Assembly (NCBI GenBank): GCA_003971905.1
Contig: RSEE01000015.1
Span: 124,001-188,000 of the forward strand
Direction: 5' to 3'
From: Moniliella sp. 'wahieum'
Lineage: Eukaryota
DNA length: 64,000 nucleotides
The translations under genes were made by a program, and so were the position numbers. Numbering within the stretch: position 1 is the first letter of the stretch; each line of letters begins with the position of its first letter. This document shows positions 38,976 to 52,078 of the stretch, in pieces. The notes under the pieces are model-generated. The model did not search any database. It had not been told where the DNA came from and worked only from the letters and a program-made list of their open reading frames with translations.

Positions 38976-40509
38976 ATGGCTGCGAGCGCCCGCTCCTTTC
39001 TCCATGCGCACCATTCCCACGCCCATGCTGCCCACCGCAAGAAGCGCTCTTGCCGCACCACTGACGACGAGACTATGGGCGAACCCCCCTTCATCAGCTC
39101 CAGTCGCGATGCCAGCGAAGAGGACAATGACGATGCCGACGCCGACGCTGATGCGCCCTCCGATACGCCCTCCAGTCCACGCGCCGCAGGCAACGTCCGT
39201 TCCCGCCGTCGCAGCGCCCCCCTGGGTGTCATCCGCGAAACCGCGCCCCGAACACGAAGCACAAGGCGATCAAGCGCTTATTCCCACTGCTGCCAGCGCT
39301 GCCGTAGTAGGCACCGAAGCGGTTAGCCTGGGCAGCGGTGCCGATGCGACTACGGCCAGAGCGACACCAGAGCACGCCCCGCCTGCTGTGCTGGCCGTAC
39401 CCGATTCAACCACTGGGGTAAGTGACCCGTGGGCGAGTTGGATGTTCGTGCGGAGCGTGCCAATGCCAACACCGGCACCGGCACACCAGGCGAGGAAGGT
39501 CGGGAGGCTCGAGCGAAACGTGTGTGGCGTCGCAGAGCGGCGCGGATGCGTCCTTGGCCTCGGACGAAGCACCAGCACCAAGCGGCTACACCTCTGCCTC
39601 GCTCAGCAGTCGCGACATGGTGCCCGCACCACGACATGGCCATGCTCACCTTGACCCCGCAGGACCCGACAATACCACCCCGTACGATGGCGATGTCGAG
39701 TTTGCCGCTCCTGCGCCCCCCCGGCCGCCCCCGCTTCGAGCCTGCCGCCGTTGACGGGCGGTACGGCCCCTGGTCCCGTCCCCCGTTCTTCCTGGGGCGA
39801 GCATCCGGAGCGACTCGAATCAGAACAAACGCAAGACCCGTTGGTGCCTGCCTCGGTTGGCGAGATCCGCGCCTGGTTCCACGATGCGATTTATCAGCCC
39901 GTCGAGGGACAGCGGACTATGTCATTTCCCGACCGGTTGGGGACGGACGAGACCCGTCGCAGCCGGTGCGGATCTATGCGGATGGGTGTACGACTTGTTC
40001 CATTATGCCCATGCGTTGCAGTTGCGCCAGGCCAAGCTGGCATTTCCCTGTGTGCATTTGATTGTTGGTGTTTGCTCCAGTGCGGCGTGCAAGGCGCACA
40101 AGAACGAACCGGTGATGAGCTCGGCGGAGCGGTATGCGGCGGTGGCCAATTGCCGGTGGGTGGACGAGGTGCTGGAGGATGCGCCGTGGGTGGTGGATCA
40201 GAAATTGTTGGATGCGTTACGGATTGATTATGTGGCGCACGATGAGGAACCGTATGCCGGCCCAGCAGGTGCGGCGGACGTGTACCGCTTCGTCAAGACC
40301 AGGGCCGCTTCCTCCCCACTCGCCGCACCCCGGGCGTCAGCACCTCCGAACTGCTTGCTCGGATTGTGGATGTGTACAAGTCCCATGCACTCGATGCCAA
40401 GCTCAAGAAGGTCGCTGATGCCCGCAGTGCCGCGGCCAGCTTGAGTGTCAGCCGGGCCCAGTCGGCTTTACCCAGCCGCCGGGGATCGCAGGACGAACAG
40501 CGAGCATAG
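38976..40509 (+). CDS. PCT1: Choline-phosphate cytidylyltransferase with a long disordered N-terminus
   Basis: PVRIYADG..DLFHYAHALQLRQAK, ERYAAVANCRWVDEV, IDYVAHD, RTPGVSTS. Confidence 0.9.
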
Positions 40510-41201
40510 GGGATGTGTCGCCTGTGCAACCCCCTGGCTCGCTCCCACCACCCTCCCTTTCGTCATTTGTTTGCCCTTGCACTTCCTTTGCCTCTTTGTT
40601 CCCCCCCCCTCCCACCCGCCTATTCCCTTACCACAAACCCTGGCATGCCGGGGCCAGCTGTATGACTTCCTACGATACATAGTCAGCAACGGATCGATGC
40701 TTGACCTTTTTGGTGTTGTGTTGGGCGAACCAGAGTAGCAGGCGCACTCCCTTCACCGACAAGGCGGGATGGCATATCGAGGACTACCGCTCCCTAGCAT
40801 GCAGCAGGACTCTTTCACTGTCACTATTGTTCTTTAGAAGGAGTATGCGCACCGCCACCACCATTCCGGCTACATTATTGACGCAAAGGTTGCCACGTCT
40901 GCGCCACCAGCATCTCGATCCCAACGTCCAGCTTGTTCATACTGCCGGCACTGGGGCGCCCCCGATTAAAACATCCCGTCTCATAACTTGACCGATTCTA
41001 ACAGGCTACGAGAGAAAAGAGGTAACACCTAATCGATGCAATACGAGCCTAGCGTTGGCAGGTACCAAAGCAAAGACAGGGGAAGACAGGGGTTTACAAG
41101 CACACTCCGAGGCTTGCTCTCGGGCAAGGGGATTTTGATGAAGCCCAAGCCAAGCCGGCAAAATGACGACTCGACGAGGGAAAGCAGGCGAAGGAGCTCG
41201 G

Positions 41202-42672
41202 TTACTTCTTCTTGCCGGCCTTCTCAGCGGCCTTGGTGGTCTTGCCACCCTTGCCGGAGGTCTTCTCAACCGACTTGATGACACCGACAGCCACGGTCTG
41301 GCGCATGTCACGGACGGCGAAACGGCCAAGCGGAGGTACTCGTTGAAGGCCTCAACGCACATGGGCTTGGTGGGGATCATCTTGACCATGGCGGCGTCAC
41401 CCGACTTGATGAACTTGGGGGTCTCCTCAATGGTCTTACCCGAACGACGGTCCATCTTGGTAAGGATGGAGTCGAACTTGCAAGCAATGTGGGCCGTGTG
41501 GCAGTCAAGAACGGGCGAGTAGCCGTTCGAGATCTGGCCAGGGTGGTTCATGATGATGACCTGGGCGTTGAACGAGGCAGCCTCCATAGGGGGGTCGTTC
41601 TTCGAGTCACCAGCAACGTTGCCACGGCGGATGTCCTTGACCGAGACGTTCTTGACGTTGAAACCAACGTTGTCACCGGGGAGACCCTCGGGGAGCGACT
41701 CGTGGTGCATCTCGACGACTTGACTTCAGTGGTCACGTTCGCGGGAGCGAAAGTAACGACCATGCCGGGCTTGATCACACCCGTCTCGACACGGCCGACG
41801 GGGACAGTGCCGATACACCGATCTTGTACACGTCCTGCAGGGGGAGACGCAGGGGCTTGTCGGTGGGGCGCGAGGGGGGGTCAATGGCGTCGATGGCGTC
41901 AAGGAGGGTCTTGCCGGCCTTGCCAGCCTTGGTCTCTTCTCCCAACCCTTGTACCAGGGCATGTTGGTGGTGGCCTCAATCATGTTGTCACCGTTCCAGC
42001 CCGAGATGGGGACAAAGGGAACCGACTTGGGGTTGAAGCCGACCTTCTTGATGAAGGTCGAGGTCTCCTTGATGATCTCGTTGAAGCGGTCCTCCGAGTA
42101 CTTGGTGGCGTCCATCTTGTTGACGGCAACAATGAGCTGGCGCACACCAAGGGTGAAGGCGAGCAGGGCGTGCTCACGGGTCTGGCCGTCCTTGGAGATA
42201 CCAGCCTCGAACTCACCAGTGCCGGCGGCAATGATGAGAATGGCGCAGTCGGCCTGCGAGGTACCCGTGATCATGTTCTTGATGAAGTCACGGTGGCCGG
42301 GGGCGTCAATGACAGTGACCTGGTACTTGGGGGTCTCGAACTTCCACAGGGCAATGTCGATGGTGATACCACGCTCACGCTCAGCCTTGAGCTTGTCGAG
42401 CACCCAGGCGTACTTGAACGAACCCTTGCCGAGCTCAGCAGCCTCCTTCTCGAACTTCTCGATGGTACGCTTGTCGATACCACCGCACTTGTAGATGAGG
42501 TGGCCGGTCGTGGTCGACTTGCCCGAGTCGACGTGGCCGATGACAACGACGTTAACGTGAAGCTGGAAAAAGAACGGTGGTTAGCATCCGTTGGCCGACC
42601 GCACTGGCGGTGAGGTGGAGTGGGCCAAGAGGGGAGGGAGCCAAACGCAAGACGTACCTTTTCCTTACCCAT
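41202..42672 (-). CDS. TEF1: Translation elongation factor 1-alpha; intron 42563-42657
   Basis: [88 protein letters not shown]; ends AGKKK. Strong codon bias. Confidence 0.99.
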
Positions 42673-44135
42673 GGTGAATGCAGTACCTGGTGGTGGTGGC
42701 AAGCCAAGCCGAGGCGGGCCAAGGCAGCGTTGTTTTATGCCTGCGCAGAAGGTTGCTGCGGCAGAAAAATTATCAGCGCCAGCAGAAGGGCAGTGTAGCC
42801 TGCGTCCAGGAGCTGGAGTATGCCCCCGCACCCTGGCAGTCTTCATCCCCTCGGGAGCAGCCCACACTGGGGTAGTGCGGGATCCACGTGAAGTGCCCGA
42901 AGCCCCGGGAAAAAAGGTGGAAGACAGGCGCAGTGCGGTCCTCGGGGGGGTTGGAGGGCGCTGTCATGCATTCCGCTCTGGCCATCCACTGTGCTTGGGT
43001 ACCGGCAGTCTTCGGCTGTCGTTCCGCCCGCCTCGCATGCATCACACACGTGTTCCGCCCAGCGCCCATCGCGCATCGAACCCATCCACGCAAACTGGGG
43101 AGCAAAGTTTTTCTGTGCACAATGGCCGGTGCGATCTGCGGTCCTCGATGTCCACCTCCTCTCCCCACTAAACCGTGACGTGAATGACGTAGGAGACGCA
43201 TCGTGTCACGATCGATGATCGAGATTCGAACGGATTGTGGGTGGGTTGAACGTTGAAGTTCAACGTTCAATGTTTAGCGACCACTCCCCCGTGAACCAGT
43301 GGGTCTCACACCTGCATTCCTGCCAGCATCAGGCTCCTCTTCTATCGCCAGCCTGATCGATCGAGCAGATGGTCTCGCCAGCTGATGCGCGGATGGAGCC
43401 AACGAAGGCGAGGGGGGACGGGGGACGGGATGCGTAACACACTGGAACAAATATATGGTTCGAAAGGACACGGCGGTTTTACACGCTGCTGCGAGTCCGC
43501 ACGCCCCCCCCCGTAAACCCACTCGCGCTCCATTCCGTTTGTAAACGAATGCATGGCGGGAACCGCTGGCTCCTGCCTCGGGCAATGCTATTGACCTCCT
43601 GATCAAGAATCAGTGCCTGGACGTGGCCTGTCAGCCAAGGCTGCCGGCCAGGAACGTTGAACGGGGAGAGAGCCCTCTTAAGGCAAAGACAGCTCTTCTG
43701 TTGTGTCTCCATGCACACTTTGCATTGGGTTCCGACTACTCATACGCCCTTCCTGTCAATTGGAGCGATAGTCCCAAGCTTCAGACTAGTAGTGTGCAAG
43801 GTAAACCAAGGACATTCACGCCAATCAGATCGAAAGTGACGTTAGTGAGGAAGAATGAAAAAAAATGCTAGGTGTGACGGGCAACGGGGTGCGACACAAA
43901 TGACGGCCAGCAGGACGATCAACAAACTGTGGTACAGGTTGGGCTCGTCCGACAAAAGATTATTACAGAACAGAAACGACGCGGAAGGGGGAGGTGTAAT
44001 TGGTTGCCGTTACCCAACCCACGGGCCCCAATACGAAGCGTCGACACTGCTATTCGACGCAACGAAAACCGGCTGGTATACTGGGGAAATGGGGAGGTCG
44101 AGCAAAGCGTGAGGATGGGTGCAATCGCCGCTGCC

Positions 44136-44806
44136 TCAACATCCGAGCACAAATAAGGGACACTGAGTAGACAGAGGCTCAAAGGACGTGCAATTCCCTT
44201 CAAGCACAGAGTTGAACGTCTCCTTGAGACCTCCCCACCTCGGAACGCTCCTGCAGCAATCACGCTTACCACTGCGAGCATCAACGTGGTGAGAATAAAG
44301 TTGATCCAGCCAAACGCAATTAGGGTCACGTTGGCCGAGCAGTACTTGATTCCGGTGGAGTTGTAGCTGCAGTTGACGCCTCCGTGAAGCGATTGGGTCA
44401 ATGATGCAGCCGCAGAGAGCCAGAAGACCCAGTCGATGAAGATGAAAATGAAATGCGAGACAATCGAAGTGACGATGCCACCCAATCCGGTCAGGATGGC
44501 GACAACCTGTGGTCGTAAGAGGGAATGGGTCAGTGACGCAAAACAAAAGACGGGACGATGAGGCACGGTTTGTGGGGGCATAGAGTTACATACATAAGCA
44601 GTCGAAAAGATGAACGAGAACCAGCCGACAAAGAGCATGAAACGCACACGGCTCTTGATGCTGCGTCCGGGGTGTTTGGCTTCATCTTTGGCATTGTAAT
44701 CATGGACCAGGACGGAAGCAATGATGGCCACGATGAACGAAAACAACGAGAGAACGGCGAGGGAGATGGGAGCGCCGCGGCGCACGACTGTACTTGCGTC
44801 AACCAT
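44136..44806 (-). CDS. MARVEL-domain four-TM membrane protein; intron 44507-44593
   Basis: Four hydrophobic helices, RFMLFVGWF, WVFWLSAAASL, C...C loop, AFGWINF. Stop position uncertain because of an indel. Confidence 0.8.
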
Positions 44807-46474
44807 GGTAAAGGAGCAGGGCGGGGATCAAAGAGGTGAAAGGATGCTGTAGAACGAGGACGGGCAGGTACGAGTGGGAAGAGAGCCGGGGGTGGTGGCA
44901 ATGACAAGGCGCAGAAGGGGCCTGAGGGCTAGTGTCGTAGGATATGGGGGAGAGCAGACGACTTCCAGTTGCGGACGAAGAAGGGGGCAGTCTTATATGC
45001 AGAAGAATGAACCAGGCTCTGCCGGCCCATAGAACTGAGGCAGTGTGTGAGCCGGGTCTGCAGTAGGCGGGAGGGCTGCGCAGCGGATGGGGGCTGGTTT
45101 GCTGCTGGCTGGGACATTCCTACTCCGTACACAGTACTTGTGAGCACTCGGTCAGTAGTTCTGTGCTCAGCTTTCCGTCATGTTGCGTCACGCGTCACGC
45201 GTCACGAGCAGTCCGTCTACTACTGGTCGCGAGGGTCTGCAGAGATATGCGGGCGGGGGCTGGGAGAGTGCTGTGCCTGCTGTGTCTCCGAGGATGCTGA
45301 ACAAGTCGATCATTGCGATCACTGACGAGATGGATGCATGACGAATGTTAATGGTGTGGGACAGAGGGGATGGAGGGGATGGGCCCGGAGTCTGGGATGC
45401 AGCACAAACACGATGACGGCATGGCGGATGAACTGGCCCCCCGTGGCAAAAGGGCGGTGCTCCCCGTTCCACCTCCCTCTATTCGGGGGGAAGGCCGGGA
45501 AGGATGCGGGCACATGCAGCCGCATGTTGCGACAGCTTCGACGGCGGGACAGGCACCAGACTAGGCACCCCAGAGATATCCTGCCACCCCCGACGGCGAG
45601 TGTCGAGCCGGTGACTTGCGCCGTGCGAGCCCGAGCTAAGATCAAACTGCTTTAGAGCTGCAGCAGAAGCATCGATGATTGCATACTGATGATCGATGAT
45701 CGATGATCGAGATGATCGCGATGATCGCCCACGCGTCCGCCGGCCGCATTCTGGGGCGCTTGGCTGCATCAGGCGGTATCCTGGTGTGTCTAACGGCGCT
45801 GCTTATTGAACACTGGCTCAGTCCCGTGTCTACGCAGTGCAGCAGAGTGCAGCAGGCTTGTACGTCATTCAATATTCATCATGCATCATTAGCCATTGCC
45901 ATTCCTGCTCGGGAAGGAACCTGTCGGGTGTGAACGTGTGAACGCTAATTGGGAACCAGCGTCATGTGCATCGTGCGCATCGTATGATGGGCCGTGTTAC
46001 GTTTCTGCCGTGCTCGGCAATCACTAGTCACTAGTCACTCCTTCTGCATTCTGTCTGATCAAAATTCCCACTGGTTGTCCAAGCGTTGAAGAACGTACGC
46101 TGTTGAGATGCCTCTATACCTTGTTGTACCCGTAGCAACCCGTAGCACTTTTGATCCTGATGCATGATGCATGGTGCGTAGTCGACGGTCATTATCACTG
46201 ATCGATACGAATATACACAAGCTCACCAATCACCCTCTCTCTGTGTGGAGTTCGGGTTCGGAAAAGGGCACGGGGAATCTACCTGCACGGGCCACCGGTC
46301 CCAATCAATGGGCGGGCGCTGTGGCAGCGTCTACAATAAGCAAGAGAAGAGGTGGCGGCACAATCCCCGGTCGGCCGCTGAGAGAGGGGCAGCTCAGCTC
46401 TCGCTGAGCGCTGGCCAAACGCCCAATAACAAAACACAGCCACAGCCTCTCTGCGGCTCCTCTAACGTATAACA

Positions 46475-46802
46475 TGTTAGAGGGTACTGCTAGGGTTCTC
46501 CTGCGCGGCCCTCAATGGATCGGTGACGCTCGCCTAGCCGAGCGGAAGCGTTCCGCTCGCAGGCCGCGCACGCCCTGCTCGCTCCATCTCCCTTCTCTCT
46601 CTCCTTTCTCCTTCCCTTCAAACGTTGCTTGAAGACTTGTGGCTCACCACTTTGCTGTGAGAAGGCACAGCCCGGGGGAAATAGTGAGGAAAGAAGAGAC
46701 TCGAATGGGATTCGAACCCATGTCATCGCCTATTGGCCAGGGATGCGTTACCACTACGCTATCGAGCCGGGATAAGAGCAGCTGCAGGATCACAGTCTAA
46801 CA
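46475..46802. mobile_element. 328-bp solo LTR-like element containing a tRNA-like sequence
   Basis: Perfect 7-bp inverted termini TGTTAGA...TCTAACA. An internal block (acgttgcttgaagactt..ggctcaccactttgc) recurs at about 46869-46900 in an adjacent fragment ending ...ATAACA. Confidence 0.65.
46697..46768 (-). tRNA. tRNA-like/pseudo-tRNA, anticodon ambiguous (CCA or GCC)
   Basis: GGCTCGA/TCGAGTC acceptor stem, GCGT/ACGC D stem, ATGGG-TTCGAAT-CCCAT T arm. The anticodon arm is imperfect and no T-run terminator follows. Confidence 0.55.
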
Positions 46803-47843
46803 TTTGCCTTCACGCCTTGTCTGAAGGTACGCCTCTGCTTCCTTTCTTGACCTGTTGCTCACAATGAGACGTTGCTTGAAGACTTGGCTCACCACTTTGC
46901 CTTCACGCCTTGTCTGAAGGCTGCTTCGCAGCTGATCCATAGGATCGCGAGTGCTCCCAAGTCGCACTCTAGCATAACAGAGGTTGTAGAAAACGATGCC
47001 GATCTGCGCCCTCCCCTCGTGATATAAGCAACAGAAGGGAAGCCCATGTTCGGTCGCTGCCGGTTGCATGCGCTCTCTCACCCTGATACACACCATCCTG
47101 GATAATTGACTAGGGCCCCCTTTATAGGTAATCGAGTGTGCCCACAACACAAAGTGCTTTTGTTGAATGTTGCATGTTAGTCCTCAGGTACTCACTATAT
47201 CTCAGTGTATATAGTCAGAATCTCAGATCTAGTCAGACGACCTGTAGGGGAAATCTGCTATCTGTGGCTAGCTAGAGTGACTAGTGACTAGTGAGTGCCT
47301 CTAGTCCCAGTGAATAAGTGACTGCACTCAGTCTGAGTTCCGAGTTCTGATGCATGGTGCATGATGCATGATGCATGATGCATGAGTACATGAGTGCTCG
47401 GAGTACTGAGTTACTAGTTACTACTGATATTAATACCCGCGTACCTAACGAGCATCATTCTATCAGGCCTTGGGCTGAGGCGGAGGCGCTGAGAGGTGAG
47501 GCAAGCCTCGGCCTCGACATGCTCCACCCCGTTAGAGAGACGAGCGGGTTGAAGACGTTGAAGCTCGGATGGGCGACAGTCTTGTGCGAGGCGGCCCCGT
47601 TCCGCCTCTGTTCCGCCCCTGTGCCGCTCCTCCCTGTGGCGCCTCCGGCGGCCTCCCCCCTGACTGCATCCCCACCATCTCCCCTTTGCCTTGCTCGCCT
47701 CCCACAAGTATTTGGCAACACCACTAGCCGCACTCATCGTACCACCCATGCTGTGGGCATGCGGGGAACCGCCGGGCACCGCCCTGGCCAATGGGAGGCT
47801 GAAGATGCAATATTGCAAGTTGCGATCCAACTATGGGACGCTT

Positions 47844-48101
47844 GGTCGTCGCTACGCCGACAAAAGGGCGCGGCTGGAGAGACTGGCTCGCTTATGCCGT
47901 CATGCCCAACACTCGCGCCATTGCCCACCACCATCGCCACCACGCGGAACGACTTGGGGATGGAATGTGCGACTGGTGCGGATGGGAAGCCACGCGACGC
48001 TTTCTTGGCCGGATCCTGCATGACCGCCTCCATCTGCCTCGCTGATTCTCCTGGGTCAGGGGCAACGGCGGAAGAAAGCCCCAGGCCAGTTGCCGGCGAG
48101 T
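47844..48101 (+). repeat. About 255-bp direct repeat, copy 1 (copy 2 at 52079-52334)
   Basis: Long near-identical blocks, e.g. gcgcggctggagagactggctcgctt and catgaccgcctccatctgcctcgctgattctcctgggtcagg. Confidence 0.9.
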
Positions 48102-48227
48102 CAACTCAGTCCCGCACCCGAGCCGTATGTCTCCTTCTCTTGCTTTGCCCCTCCCCGTCCTCTGACCTTTTCTTTTTAGCAACGTTGCCCCAGTTGGGGT
48201 AACAACGGCCACACTTTCGGTAGTTGT

Positions 48228-49907
48228 GTGGGCCGGGATGACTTCGTGGGTGTCGCCGCCAAGCCTGACTGGGTCGAGGCCGATGTGTTTGGACGTGATG
48301 TTGATCCTGAGACGCACCGTCACAAGCTCAAGTTGCCATTCGGGGAGGTGAAATGCCGTTACTGCAAAGCTTACACGTTTGCAGAAGAACACACCCGGAA
48401 TTCGTCCCAAAGAGATCCCCGCTTCTCTATATATGCTGCAAGGAAGGTGCGTTCATCTTCCACTTATTTGTCCTACTCTTCTAACCCTCAGCATTTAGGC
48501 AAAGTTAACCTTCCCAAACCGAAGCCATGCCATCCCCTGTACAACCTCTTTGGACGCAACCGTGACGGCTTCCGGCGAGCCACAGAAGAGTTGTCCAAAA
48601 TACGCGTACAATGGAACGTTGGCCTTCACGTTGTGGATTGCCAAGTACGTCCGTCGCTTGGCAAGTGGTGCTGCCGGGGGAGTGTATTCTTTGGTCCTTC
48701 ATGACACTGCTTCTACTGCCGTTGGACCCCTCTATCCTGCCACGTACCACGAAGGCAACCAGGAACCCGCCCCGCCGGGGCAGGAGAATGGCCCTCGCTA
48801 TGCACAGCTCTGGCCCATGGAGTTCGAAGCCCAAGCCGCTCAAATGACCCAAAATGCCTCTACCTTAGGTCAAACACTCAATACATCAATCCTGCAGTCC
48901 ATCATGAATATTCTCCTGGATGTATGCTGCAATTTCTTTTTGCGCACCTACGCTACCCGTTCGTGATATTATTCTACGCAACCCAGAGACCCCTCCCGTT
49001 GCGGTGACATTTAGGGGAGAGAATTATGGCCAGCGGCAATACAACCGTCCCACTTCCTCCGAAATGGCGATCATTATGCCTGGCATGGAGGATGATGACG
49101 ACGGCGCCGAGTTGGCATCACGTTGTGCTGTTCTGCAGAAAAAATGATGCTCCAGGAATCGTCTACGTCAACGCACTAAACTCTTTCTATGATCCCTTGC
49201 ATTTCGTCTTACTCTTCCCGTACGGCGATCGAGGGTGGGGCCCGCGTCAGACCAAGCTTCGAACCAAAAGGGAAATCAGGGCCCTTGACAAAGAAATCGA
49301 TGCTCGCCACACCAATGCCCGAGCAGCCCCGCAGGAAGAGCCAAATGCCACACCTGCAACACCAGCCACACAGCATGATACCAACAATGGCGCACCAGAA
49401 CGCACCCCTCCCGCCCATCAAAATCGTCTGGTCATCATTGGTCCTGAGGGCAGAACGATTATGAACACGCAAGGGGAACGTGTCCCCTTCCAGGACAACA
49501 ACCCGCCCCCTCCTCATCAACTTCGCCATGCTCCGGACAACCACGTTGTGCCTACGAACGACCACACGCGCTTCCATATGATGCAGCGGGATGATTGGCA
49601 AGATGAGAATGGGAAATGGTATCCTTGGGTGCTAAAGTGGGACCGGATCAAAGATGAATGGGTCCTTGACGGTTATTCGGAAACAGAGGGACAACGCCTG
49701 GTTTACATTCGGAAAACCCAGGACACGTTGCGCACCGAAATGGTTGCCGGCGTGGTCGATGCTCTGGCCAACGACCCGAACGCTCGCGGGGCCGATGTCG
49801 GTGTTCCTGTCCTCCTGCCCGCCTCTTTCACAGGCGGACCGCGGTGCAAGCAAAAGACCTATCAGGATGCAATGGCCATCTGCCCGGCGAGGGCATGGAA
49901 AAAGTGA
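48228..49907 (+). mobile_element. Helitron RepHel 5' fragment, truncated; intron 48447-48498
   Basis: CRYCKA...CCKEGKV zinc-finger-like region, YNRPTSSEMAII, YDPLHFVLLFPYGDRGW, YIRKTQDTLR, LPASFTGGPR...YQDAMAI. No Rep catalytic or helicase motifs follow. Confidence 0.88.
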
Positions 49908-51464
49908 AGGTACTGGGGCGCATACATGTTCGTCAGAACATGGGCGCTCTTCCAAGGCCAACCCACGCTTCTCCTTATGTTGCGGTCAGGGTATGTTTCA
50001 ACTCTCCTCTCCTGTATTGTTCCACCGATAACCCTTCCATTGACCAGTAGCCTTCTCTTTTTGATTGCCAAGTATGACCGTCGCTTGGGGCTATGGCGTT
50101 CATCAACAAAGGACAAGCAGAACGGAGACAACCTACCTCCACAAGTGGAGCTGCGACGGCGCACGATCCGTCGATCTGGGCCGGTTTGGCCCCCGTGGGA
50201 ATGCAGGCATTGGCGCTCATCGAAGGGCCAGCGGGCAAACGGATGATTTGCGGGCGGAAGTGGGGTAGGCCTGGAGATGGCTACCTGCCGTTGGAATGCC
50301 TGTGCCACAGCGACGATGGCGGCGTGGCGCTGAGCCTCCTGTTGGGCCCACCAGGTTGAGGAGCCGTGCAGGTCCCAGCGACCGAGCTGGTTGTGGCTGG
50401 GATCGTCGTGCTCATTGGCGTCCCCATCGTTTGACGAGGGCAGCCCGGTCGTCGGCCGCGGGAGCGGATGGCGGGAGGTCAAGAGGAGGGGTGCGGGTCC
50501 GATTGGGCCAAGAGCTGGAGGAGCCAGTCGGCCGGGGTGGTGTCGAGCCAGTCGGTTGCAGCTGCGTATACAGCTGGCGAACGACGACGGCGCCAACGGC
50601 AACGGCCAGGCGCGCACGAACGGTGCGGGTGTTGGGCAGCGATGGGCGTCCCAGCTGGCACAGGACGAGAGGATGCATCTGAGCTACTTCAAGTGAGGAT
50701 GGACAAGATGAAATGTGTTTTTGCGCCCTTTATCGCAGACGCCTGGCTGCTGGGATGCGGGGTGGCCTGTGACGGATGATGATGATCGATGATGGATGGT
50801 GTCACATGGGGCCCAGGTTGAATTCTCCCCGGCGTCTGGCCACTCGCCCGCAAGAATCCTGTTTCGGTATGTGTCTGACATTCTTCACCGCGGGGGGTGG
50901 AGTAGGGCCTGAGGCCGGAGGGCAGTGCGCTCCCCGCCGTTGGGGTTGAAGACGTCAGGCCGCACGGCAGCAGTCGAGGCAGCATAGTGTGCTCAAGCCG
51001 AGGCAGCGGCCTGAGGCCTGAGGGCAGTGTGCTCCCCCGCCGTTGGGGCAATATTGCCGCAGCAGCGGGGGGGCGGGGGCATAAATAACCCCGGACGGGT
51101 GCAAAACTTCTTGTCTCCCTCCCATCACCTTGCTTCTCGAACCGCTCACCGAGTACCGAAATGCCCCTCCCGCCTCTGACCGAGTTCCAGTTCACCTTCC
51201 GCCTCTCTCCTCTGACCACGAGCCCGGGTCTGCCATCGAACTACACCCCCCGGCTACTGGCTGGCGCCCATCATTCCCATCCGAGCATCCGAACTTCCAA
51301 GTTGGGCACAATCCCAACGCCCAGCCAGGCCCTTCGATTCTGCGCAAAAGAAGCCGAAGGCGGCTGAGGAGCGGGTGCTGGCGCCAGCGGTGCCCCGGGC
51401 CAGGTTCGATGTCAACACGGCCGAGCCTCGCGAGACCGTGCGCAAGCGTCGCCATGGGCCCGTG

Positions 51465-51620
51465 GTGGTGGAGGTGCATTGCCCAGAGGTGGCGATGCAG
51501 GACGCGTGGGACATGACAGAGGAGGAGGATTGCCCATCGGTGTTGATGCAGGACGCATGGGACATGGTGGAGGAGGTGCATTGCCCAGAGGTGGCAATGG
51601 TGGACGCATGGGACCTGGAC
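51465..51620 (+). repeat. 51-bp tandem repeat x3
   Basis: Units ...gagg..cattgccca...tg..gatg..ggacgc.tgggac.tg; read as 17-aa repeats in ORF 51375-51626. Confidence 0.85.
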
Positions 51621-52078
51621 CAATGACTGCCTTTGTTTTTGTTTTGTTTTCGTCTTCGTTTCGTTGTTGTGTTGATCGTTTAAGAAAATGAGATTGGTTT
51701 AAAACTACAATGTGGTTGGTATATAGTATTGCATAGCAGGATGTGAGGCCAAGGGTATGGAAAACGGACGTCTGGGTAGATGAAGTGGATAGTAACGCTG
51801 GAGAGAAGGGATCCAGGAATGCCCGTGGGGATGAAGTTGCGTGGTATGTCCCCGCTGTGGGGGATGAGAGAGGAGGCATTGAATATCATCCTCGACTGGA
51901 TCTCTTGATGCGAGGGGGGACGCACCCACTTACTAGGAGTGCGACGTGACACGTGCGATCACATGTGACATGAGCTGTGACACGCGCTGTGACATGGGAT
52001 GTGACATGGGACATGTGACATGTGACGCATCCCCATGGGGAAACGGGAGTTGAAATGTGCAATGCGAGTCCGCAGCGC

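Noticed and set aside
41489..42613. 374-aa plus-strand ORF
   Set aside because: Antisense shadow of the codon-biased TEF1.
44507..44593. Stop-free 87-nt in-frame intron in the MARVEL gene as a regulated retention event
   Set aside because: Consensus GTATGT/CTGAC/CAG signals; retention would disrupt a TM helix, and nothing else supports it.
51465..51620. CRISPR-like array (also considered at 32466-32525)
   Set aside because: Head-to-tail tandem units without unique spacers, no cas genes, and a eukaryotic context.
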